Source: Cyanidioschyzon merolae (Eukaryota). From it: a stretch of DNA of 64,000 nucleotides. Each line of letters begins with the position of its first letter. Within the stretch, counting starts at the first letter, position 1. The notes under the pieces are model-generated. The model saw only the letters and a list, made by a program, of their open reading frames with translations, searched no databases and was not told where the DNA came from. The translations under genes were made by a program, and so were the position numbers. Positions 56,585 through 64,000 of this stretch are shown in pieces. Location of the stretch: the NCBI GenBank assembly GCA_000091205.1, contig AP006500.2; one strand, given 5' to 3'.

Positions 56585-58700
56585 GAATAACCTCGGACAA
56601 ATCGGGTACACGAACGTCTTACAAGATAAACGCTGCTGCGGCCAGAAGTGTACAGTAGTGGCGAGAAACGCGCCCTAGACAAGACCTCTCCAAGTGACGT
56701 GCAGACGCCTCCCAGACTTTTTGGACCGGCCACCAACTACTGATTCCATTTTTTTCTCATATTAGTCCACTTTGAGAGGTTCTCCCACAAAATTCTCTCG
56801 TGTTCAGCTCTGGAGGTCTCGTCTCCAACACCGCACATCTCCTTATATTGACAGCGGCATTAAAGTCTCTGTTCACGAATTCCATACGTTTCTTGCCATC
56901 ATTGGTTGTACTTACTAATGCAAGTATTCCTCGAACTTTCGCTCCCCTTTCCATTCGCTCTACCGTCAGCGCCCCGTACGTTTTCATATCCTCAGGGATC
57001 CGCTGGCACTTTTCCATCTCCACTCTCTGAAGTGTATATCCCAACTCATGGTGTTTATAGAATGTTCGAAACTTATCTTTTGGTATCGTAACGAAACGTC
57101 GTGCCCACTCCTTGTACGTTCTTGTCGTTGGGGCTGGGGTACACCCTTTTTGGGTCACCCAGCGCCCTGCTCCGTACGCTACTACCAGCCTGTGACTCTT
57201 GTCGTCCTCCAAGGCGCTCAACTCATTAAAGAACTTGGCGAATGCACGCTGCTTCCCACTGTATAGATTCATACGCAGACGAGCCCAGCGGGGCTTTGAA
57301 TATTCTTTCCACATCTCCTCGTCATGAGCAGCCTGGGTTTCCATGAATTCCCGAAAGGCTCGAAAAACCGCCCCGCGGTTTGTCACTTTGCTGAACTCCT
57401 CACGGATATCGAACTCCGGGCTGATTTCTTTCAATGGGCCATGAAGGACGCTGGAGTTGATAGTCACAAAATGTGACTTGACGTTGCATAACGGAACGAC
57501 ATTGAAGCGCTTCCCCATTAGGGCAGCCTTCCGTCTCTCCCACTCCTCATTTTCTTCCTCATCCCGCATCATCTCCGCCTTGCGTTTGAGTTCTCGGTCC
57601 AAAAACACGAAATACGGCAGGATGAGGCGAAAGTATCTTTCCTTATATTTTTTCAACTCTGATATCTTTTCTGCTGGATTAGCCAGCCCAAGTACAAGAC
57701 GATCCTCTTGAAAAAGCGCACGGATTACAGAAGCTTCACTCGTATTCTCGTTTGACACTTTCTTGTCGACAAATTCGATCTCATCTTCATGCTGGCCATT
57801 GTTTTTGATACCATTGATAATCGCCCATATTGCTTTGCGAGAGAAGACCGGGTACAGCGCAAACACGGCGCGTATCATGAAACGTTCGAGGTTCATCGTC
57901 GAATGGTTCTTCAGGTTCGTGATGTACTTCATCGCCCCGTATGTGCAAATACGCGAGTCACCCTTGTATCGAGTACCCTCGAGGCTGTAAAACGGACGTT
58001 TTTCGTGAAGAGCGTGAACCCGCTCATTTTCCCTGCGCGTTTCCCCTGTGCCAAACATCAGCTGGCGAGTAGAGGTCTTGTCGAAAAACTCGTCTGGAAT
58101 CTCGACTGTTTCCATGTGCGTCACGTTGCGATACATCTCCCTCGCCAAATGCATCAGTCCTGACGACGCCTTAACAATGCTCTTGGAGCACGAGTCGACA
58201 CGGTTGCGGATGGCGTCTCGCAACTTTTCCTTGTACGAATCCTTCACACGTTTAAGAAGACAGGCTTTCGCCACCATCTCGTCGTACTGTTGCCTTTCGT
58301 ACAGCTTGTTCGTCTTCTCTTGTACCTCTGGACTCTGTACTGATTGTCGTCTTTTTCTGGCAGCTGGCGACACTGCGCCTCCAGGATCCTCTACTTCCTT
58401 TTCTATACGTTTCCTTTTTGTATTTGTTTTTTTTTTCTTGAAAAAGAGCGCATTTTTGAACGCTTCTTCTACAAACCAGCAAAAATAACTTGACCCCAGT
58501 CTGTTGAGGGTTAAAACGCAATCGAACTGAAAACGATGCTTTGCTACGACTACAACGCAAACACATCTTTTTCGGTGGAGCAAAACTCTATATATCAGGA
58601 TCGCGTTTCCCTTCCACAGCGACATTTACGTCGTGCCTCGTGAGTGCCAGTTCTCGAGGTGCGCGTATCGACCGCGCCATGGATAAAAGAATAGAAACGA
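56585..58700 (-). mobile_element. Fanzor/TnpB-like element, copy B, carrying a 622-aa ORF. The 5' boundary is uncertain.
   Basis: About 90% nucleotide identity to copy A across the C-terminal coding region and the roughly 170 nt downstream. The 3' homology to copy A fades at about 56585. Confidence 0.75.
56757..58625 (-). CDS. Fanzor-like (eukaryotic TnpB/OMEGA-family) RuvC-fold protein. It lacks the RuvC-I segment and so is probably nuclease-dead.
   Basis: C-terminal KKRMEFVNRDFNAAVNIRRCAVLE matches the D-x-N-A-A-x-N-I RuvC-III signature of TnpB/Fanzor. It is collinear with copy A except for a deletion of about 385 nt that spans the GADPG RuvC-I motif. Confidence 0.7.
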   Translation of the reverse strand: MSLWKGNAILIYRVLLHRKRCVCVVVVAKHRFQFDCVLTLNRLGSSYFCWFVEEAFKNALFFKKKKTNTKRKRIEKEVEDPGGAVSPAARKRRQSVQSPEVQEKTNKLYERQQYDEMVAKACLLKRVKDSYKEKLRDAIRNRVDSCSKSIVKASSGLMHLAREMYRNVTHMETVEIPDEFFDKTSTRQLMFGTGETRRENERVHALHEKRPFYSLEGTRYKGDSRICTYGAMKYITNLKNHSTMNLERFMIRAVFALYPVFSRKAIWAIINGIKNNGQHEDEIEFVDKKVSNENTSEASVIRALFQEDRLVLGLANPAEKISELKKYKERYFRLILPYFVFLDRELKRKAEMMRDEEENEEWERRKAALMGKRFNVVPLCNVKSHFVTINSSVLHGPLKEISPEFDIREEFSKVTNRGAVFRAFREFMETQAAHDEEMWKEYSKPRWARLRMNLYSGKQRAFAKFFNELSALEDDKSHRLVVAYGAGRWVTQKGCTPAPTTRTYKEWARRFVTIPKDKFRTFYKHHELGYTLQRVEMEKCQRIPEDMKTYGALTVERMERGAKVRGILALVSTTNDGKKRMEFVNRDFNAAVNIRRCAVLETRPPELNTREFCGRTSQSGLI

Positions 58701-59218
58701 GTCATGAAGTAGCAGCTCGATAACAATTTCTTTCCCCTCTACGGTAGGCGTTAGATGGGGAAAGTTTCTAAGCTTTCGAAAGTTCACCTTAGAGGCGGAA
58801 AAGCGCGCGAGCGGGACGAATTTCCCAGTCTCATGCTTCATGCTCCCTCCAGTGCCCAGCGCTGTAGCGAGATATAAGCAGCTTGTCCGAAACGCAGTTT
58901 ATTCTTGGACTCTGAACGGGTAGCCTGCGTCTGGTCGTCGCGCTGGTCCCAGTGGACTCCTAGCGTATCGCTTCGCGCAGCCGCAGCCGGTAGGTCTGTC
59001 CGCGCCGTTTCCAGGTTCCCAGAATGATAACGAATCCCGACCCCGTATCAGATGAACCCTGCCTCGATCCGGCACCCTCTGTGGTATGGTAAAGCCTTTC
59101 TGTCTCCGTGCTGCATCCGTTCCAGCGGTAGAAGCGCCACGGCGAGTGCTCAAAGCAGGTAATCGGCGCATGATAGAACATTCGAAACGACCGGTGCACC
59201 CGAAAGAATACACCAGTA

Positions 59219-61348
59219 ATGGAACTTGGAGGTAGTTGCCTTATGATGGACAATTACATGAATCCTAATACCCGTCCCGCAATCTGGTATCCCTTATCAA
59301 TGAAGACGTTTCTTCATCGAAAAAAGATCAGCGGTACTGCTTCGAGCAGCAGTGCACGGCGGCGGCGCCGCCGAATGCCTGCGATGCACTCGGATATCTT
59401 GCTCAGGACGATAGCCTGGCCTCAAGACAGAACAGGAAAACAGTGCACTAGACAGTGCTGTTTTGTTTTGTGCTGTGTTTTGGACGAGCCCCTCAGGGAA
59501 CAGCGAGGGAGTTGCCCGCACGCCATGGGTAGTCCGCAGCTGGGGCACGCCTGCGCACCACACCAGGGCCTTCATAAGGGAACTCGGCAGCGAACCACGG
59601 AAAAGAGGCACATTGCTCCTGCCCAATTAGGACAGTTTGACACTGAGAGCGAGGTCGCTTTCTCGGGATATGGTAATGCTGCAGTGGTCAACCGTGGAAC
59701 CCACCCGCGAAGTTTTTCAGCGCGTACCAGCTTCGTCTGGTTTACTGAGCCCTGTGCTTTGACCAAAGTGCACGGCAAACACCCGTGCATAGGCATCCAG
59801 GAGAGTTCCTTCAGCGCTCCTGTTCTCTATCCGATCCATGGAGCTTCACGGATTCTTGTTCAGAGGCATTCCCCGCATCCGGTAAAGCGTGCGCTCCCGC
59901 GCTCGCGCTCTCGCTCCTGGAAAGCCTCGCTGTTCGAGCGTTTCTTCGGCCGGAAACGGTCATCGCGCCAAACTTGGCCCCACTTGATCAAAGAACAAGC
60001 ACCAACGGGGACAGTACCAGCTTCAGGTGCCTCATTCGCACAGAATGGAGCGGACACCACAGTTATTCCGCGAGCACGCGCTCGACATTCCCGTCACGAA
60101 CCGACAAGGGTAGCGTCGCCGACTCCCAGTAGTCGTGACATCACAGATGTTGACCGAAGCAACGCGGAAACTTGCATCGCGATACGCCATGTACACAAGG
60201 TTTTTCCCGACTCACATGCACCAGGAGGACAATTTTACGCCCTTTGTGATATTTTGCTCGATATCGAGGACGGCTCGCTAGTGGCTTTGGTTGGCCCCAG
60301 CGGTAGCGGCAAGTCGACACTGCTTCGTTGTATTGCGGGGCTTGAGAATCCGACCTCGGGGCGTATCTTCCTCCATGGGCGAGATACCGAGGAGATGAGT
60401 GTTCAGGAACGACGGATTGGCTTTGTATTCCAGCATTATGCATTGTGGAAGCACATGACCGTGTGGAAGAACATTGCATTTGGATTGGAGATTCGCAAGA
60501 CGCCTCGCTCAGAAATAGAACGGCGCGTCTTGGAGCTTCTGAAGCTCATGGGTCTTGAGGGACTCGGTGACCGCTACCCACATCAACTGAGCGGCGGACA
60601 GCGCCAACGGGTTGCGCTGGCTCGAGCCCTAGCTCCCGAACCGCGCGTCCTCCTCCTCGATGAGCCGTTTGGTGCGTTGGATACGCGAGTGCGGCGGAGT
60701 CTGCGTGCATGGCTTCGGCGCTTGCACGATGAGGTCGGCACAACGACGATCTTCGTGACGCATGATCAACAGGAGGCTTTAGAGATAGCCAGCTCCGTGG
60801 TGGTCATGAACAAGGGCCAGATCGAGCAGGTCGGCACACCGCTTGAGATCTATGAGCATCCAGCGTCGCCGTTTGTCATGAGCTTCATGGGCGATGTGAG
60901 CGTCGTGAGTCGTGATGCGCTCCCCGCAGAGCAGGCAAACGGGCGCACCTTCACGAATGCTACTCGAGCGCGCTCCGTGGAGACATCCAAAAAAGACTCC
61001 ATTTGGTCGGACCCCGAGCGTCCGCCGACAATACCGCGCGAGTCTGAGACAACGACCAATGTCCGTAAGAGCGATAACGCCGCCCAGTACTTGATGCTGC
61101 GTCCTCATGACGTTCACTTGCATCGCAGCCCCGATAGCACCACGGCTCCGGCTCGTGTTGTCGACGTGTTTTTCTTAGGTTGGAGTGTGCGTGTTGATGT
61201 CGAGCTCCAAGACGGCCAAATTCTTCAATCCATCATGCTCACAACGCGCTACAAAGAGCTGGGCGATTTGTATCCCGGCGACCTCGTGCATGTTAAGTTC
61301 TTCGGGGAACGCTCCTTCGAGGTGGACGAGGCCGAGTATAACATCTGA
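59219..61348 (+). CDS. ABC transporter ATP-binding protein of the CysA (sulfate/molybdate importer) type, with a C-terminal TOBE domain and a 200-300 aa N-terminal extension.
   Basis: Walker [11 protein letters not shown]-loop FVFQHYALW, signature [15 protein letters not shown], Walker [13 protein letters not shown]-loop FVTHDQ, then a TOBE-like C-terminal beta domain. The first roughly 300 aa are low-complexity with no in-frame Met close to the domain. Confidence 0.8.
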   Translation: MELGGSCLMMDNYMNPNTRPAIWYPLSMKTFLHRKKISGTASSSSARRRRRRMPAMHSDILLRTIAWPQDRTGKQCTRQCCFVLCCVLDEPLREQRGSCPHAMGSPQLGHACAPHQGLHKGTRQRTTEKRHIAPAQLGQFDTESEVAFSGYGNAAVVNRGTHPRSFSARTSFVWFTEPCALTKVHGKHPCIGIQESSFSAPVLYPIHGASRILVQRHSPHPVKRALPRSRSRSWKASLFERFFGRKRSSRQTWPHLIKEQAPTGTVPASGASFAQNGADTTVIPRARARHSRHEPTRVASPTPSSRDITDVDRSNAETCIAIRHVHKVFPDSHAPGGQFYALCDILLDIEDGSLVALVGPSGSGKSTLLRCIAGLENPTSGRIFLHGRDTEEMSVQERRIGFVFQHYALWKHMTVWKNIAFGLEIRKTPRSEIERRVLELLKLMGLEGLGDRYPHQLSGGQRQRVALARALAPEPRVLLLDEPFGALDTRVRRSLRAWLRRLHDEVGTTTIFVTHDQQEALEIASSVVVMNKGQIEQVGTPLEIYEHPASPFVMSFMGDVSVVSRDALPAEQANGRTFTNATRARSVETSKKDSIWSDPERPPTIPRESETTTNVRKSDNAAQYLMLRPHDVHLHRSPDSTTAPARVVDVFFLGWSVRVDVELQDGQILQSIMLTTRYKELGDLYPGDLVHVKFFGERSFEVDEAEYNI

Positions 61349-62942
61349 AAGATAGACCAGGGACTCCACCACTGCGCAAAACTTTTCCGTACCAAAATTT
61401 CGGGGCATAGGCGAGACGGTCTGAGATGCACTCTTCTGCGCGCCCAGGGTAGAGCGTCGCGAAGCTACTGCCTCGCCAGCGCTTGTACGTTATTCGGACC
61501 CAGGGCGACGAGCATTCTGATGCAGGGGCGGTGTTCTCCCCGAAATCATGTTGCTCGGCGGCGGCAAGGTATCATGTTCTTGAGCATCTTCCTCAGCTCG
61601 TCGGATTTGGATCGGATAGCGTTCTTTCACATCGCCTGCTCGGCATTCTGTTTGCGGATGCAAATAAGCTTCCGCCCCAGCGTCTACCGCCCGATTCGAG
61701 GCGTGCGCATTCGATACGTGCAGGCAAACGTCGCTTCGCGGCGCTCGCACAGGCGACGACGACAGCAGAGGCCTCGTATGACCTAAAGTGTTGGTTACCG
61801 CTCGCAAAGATTCCTTGATACAGCGCGCGAGACGAAAGTTACGTCCGGTTCGGCGAAACATGATCGAGGAACTTGCTGCAAAGTCAGCACTAGCACCTGA
61901 AATACGTCAGCAACATGTCAAGAAAGAATCCATCAAGCAGCAACGCTGACCTCAACAAGGAACGCCGCATGCCGCACGTCTCAACCCAGGCGACTTTTAG
62001 CATCCGTCGACTTGCGAACGGCTTGCTTGGAGAACGTGACCCCAGCAGTTCACCAGTGAGCAGCAGTCGAGCGCTGCACTCGGGAGTAGGTTCGCTATCA
62101 GCAGCGGAGACAGGCAAACACTTCGTCGAGGGCAATTTGGCGTGCTCGCCCCGTTAAAGGTCCAACGCGTTTCGTCAAGGGCCAGCAAACAACGATTTCT
62201 CGGTCGCAACAGACTATAGACTCGAGGCTGCGGGGCGCCCTGACCCCTGCACCGCTGCTGGGACGGCACGCGGCAGGTACCCGTGAACCCGCACCGTCCG
62301 TCGCGACTCCAGCCAAGCGTCGCTCGAGTGGCCCCTGTTTCACCAAGGGCTTTGCGCTGTGTGGTTACGGGCCGGTATATCGTGAATCGCGGGTGTCTAG
62401 ATGACGCAAGCAGCACGTCTGCAGCAATGATGCTGCGCCTCTTGGCATCGTTGCCAATCCGGTCCATAACACCTCACGAAGCGTCCGCGTTCGACTCGCG
62501 AACCGTGTTCTTGGGAGCTTGCAGCGTCCATGATGACACATAAACCCTTACCGAACCATCTTATGGAGGAACTGGGTCTACGTCCTAAACGCTCAACGCT
62601 CTTTCCTATTCAAAACCAGTACGCAAAGAAACACACCTGCCCGTTCAGGGGAACCTCGCTCGCACGGCAGTCAGAGCCGCAAGCGCTGCATCCGTTCGGG
62701 CTGCGGCGGCGTTCTTGAATCGTTGGGGTCTACGGTGAGCCGTTTGACAGCGCATAAACGCAACCCCGCTTCGACTCTTTTGTGCGCACCTTTTGTCGAG
62801 ACGCTCCGTGGAGACGACTTTCACAACTTGAGGCACTTGGAGACTTTTCCTGCATCGCTGAGCGCGCATCGTCTTGAGTCACCGAGTCCAGCAGGACGCG
62901 CTGGTCCCAGCACTGCAGCACGGACACTTGGACGTTGACGCT

Positions 62943-64000
62943 ATGCCGCTGACTGACCCCGGTACGAATGGACTGCACCTCATTAGCGCGTTGCGGGTTG
63001 CACCCGTGCCTGTTTGGCTCCAGCTGTGTGTGCTGTCATTTGCAGCGTACCACACGCTGGTGTTGCTCGGGATGTTGCTGACGGGGCGCGGCTGCTCGAC
63101 CTTACGGTACCGACGGGTGTTTCAGTTTTGGATCGTTTACGGCTTCAGTAAGTTGTGCACCGGAGCAATTCGTGAGCTCTTTCGAATCTTGTGGCTCGTG
63201 ACGACCTGGGGCTCGAACACCGCTCACTTGTCGGGAAGTGACCTGCTCGTTCGTCGCCTGGTCCGAGCGCATTCCTGGCTCGAAGCGCTTATTCTGATGT
63301 TTCTCGTTTTCCCGCTGCACCGCGGGTTAGCAGATACATTGGCACCTTTGCTCTTTTTTGGCGGCACTTACCAAGTTGAACCCGCGCGTCGAGCGAACAG
63401 TGGAGCGGAAACACGCGCATCGCCGCTTTCCGCGCATACGTCCGCAACGAACAGCCCCGGTGCACGGTCGCATAGCGTTGGCAACGTTGAAGGAACCTCC
63501 TTTCGAAATCGAAGCTGGTTTCCGCGTGCAAGTCGCCTTCGTCACCGATCGGGGTACTGGGCGTCAGCCGCATCGCCGCTCTTCGAGTGCGCGGCCTTGG
63601 TGTACCAAAACTTGTTACTACCAAACCTGGAAACCTGGGAACCAGAAATAGACCTTTTTCTAGGGCGTGTGCAGGCACAGCTACGCCAGTCACGGCTTGC
63701 GTTCAAAGAGTTGCTCTGTTTCGCTTTGGCGTGGATGCTCGCCCGTAGCGGCAACGCAGCAGAGGCCGCCATGCTCGGGAACGCTGCCCTGCACGGAGCC
63801 CAGATCGGCCTTGCGGAGCGGCTAGCGCGCGTTCGCCGTGTCGCTGCTGCGTGGCTCGAACGGGATCACCATCTCGAGGCGCTGTATCGAGGTGAATATC
63901 GAGATCGACGCGGACACGTGTACGCACGGCATGCCGTTGAAGGGATGCATGTCACCGGTGCCGCTGCTGCTGCTGCTGCTGCTGATGGTACTGATGCTGC
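62943..64000 (+). CDS. Partial ORF running off the window end (at least 352 aa): predicted multi-pass membrane protein of unknown function.
   Basis: Hand translation from ATG 62943 has no stop through 64000: MPLTDPGTNGLHLISALRVAPVPVWLQLCVLSFAAYHTLVLLGMLLTG...Codon bias is coding-like. It is absent from the ORF track because it has no stop inside the window. Confidence 0.4.
   Translation, partial: MPLTDPGTNGLHLISALRVAPVPVWLQLCVLSFAAYHTLVLLGMLLTGRGCSTLRYRRVFQFWIVYGFSKLCTGAIRELFRILWLVTTWGSNTAHLSGSDLLVRRLVRAHSWLEALILMFLVFPLHRGLADTLAPLLFFGGTYQVEPARRANSGAETRASPLSAHTSATNSPGARSHSVGNVEGTSFRNRSWFPRASRLRHRSGYWASAASPLFECAALVYQNLLLPNLETWEPEIDLFLGRVQAQLRQSRLAFKELLCFALAWMLARSGNAAEAAMLGNAALHGAQIGLAERLARVRRVAAAWLERDHHLEALYRGEYRDRRGHVYARHAVEGMHVTGAAAAAAAADGTDA

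Noticed and set aside
59219-60120. First ~300 aa of the ABC-ATPase ORF treated as bona fide coding sequence
   Set aside because: The composition is Arg/Ser/His-rich and non-coding-like. It is kept only as a possible extension, because no in-frame Met lies near the ATPase domain. The true 5' structure is unresolved.

Overview
This window looks like eukaryotic nuclear DNA: GC-rich (roughly 55-60% by eye), apparently intron-poor, with long uninterrupted ORFs on both strands. Calls on histone H2A.Z, an XRN exoribonuclease, KRR1, DCAF7/WDR68, YEATS4/YAF9, dolichol kinase, serine dehydratase, FN3K, RSAD1/HemW, GUCD1, NDUFB4 and a CysA-like ABC ATPase rest on conserved motifs I recognise in the translations, not on any database search. 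Gene density is about one recognisable gene per 4 kb, and several kb-scale stretches have no assignable gene.

The most interesting content is a family of Fanzor-like (eukaryotic TnpB/OMEGA-type, RuvC-fold) transposon-borne ORFs:
- Copy B at ~56.6-58.7 kb on the minus strand keeps one 622-aa ORF and the RuvC-III motif DFNAAVNI, but has lost the RuvC-I segment through a microhomology deletion.
- Copy A at ~23.2-25.65 kb on the plus strand is frameshifted in at least four places yet still encodes RuvC-I ([16 protein letters not shown]) and RuvC-III (DFNAAINI).
- Three more 3'-terminal fragments, all in minus orientation, sit at ~29.28-29.85 kb, ~42.96-43.54 kb and ~52.6-53.0 kb. The last abuts a Tc1/mariner (IS630-like) DDE transposase remnant.
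- Copies A and B share a conserved ~120-170 nt non-coding tail beyond the stop codon, which is a candidate omega-RNA/right-end region.
- Most insertions lie within a few hundred bp of host-gene start codons.

Other structure includes two unrelated tandem arrays that both have a 78-bp period, a 128-bp and a 110-bp tandem duplication in 5' flanks, a ~100-bp dispersed repeat upstream of two genes, and CAG/CTG microsatellites. A nuclear CysA-type (TOBE-domain) ABC ATPase with a long N-terminal extension and a BSD2-like DnaJ-type zinc-finger protein hint at a plastid-bearing lineage; that is speculative. No rRNA, tRNA or CRISPR features could be supported.
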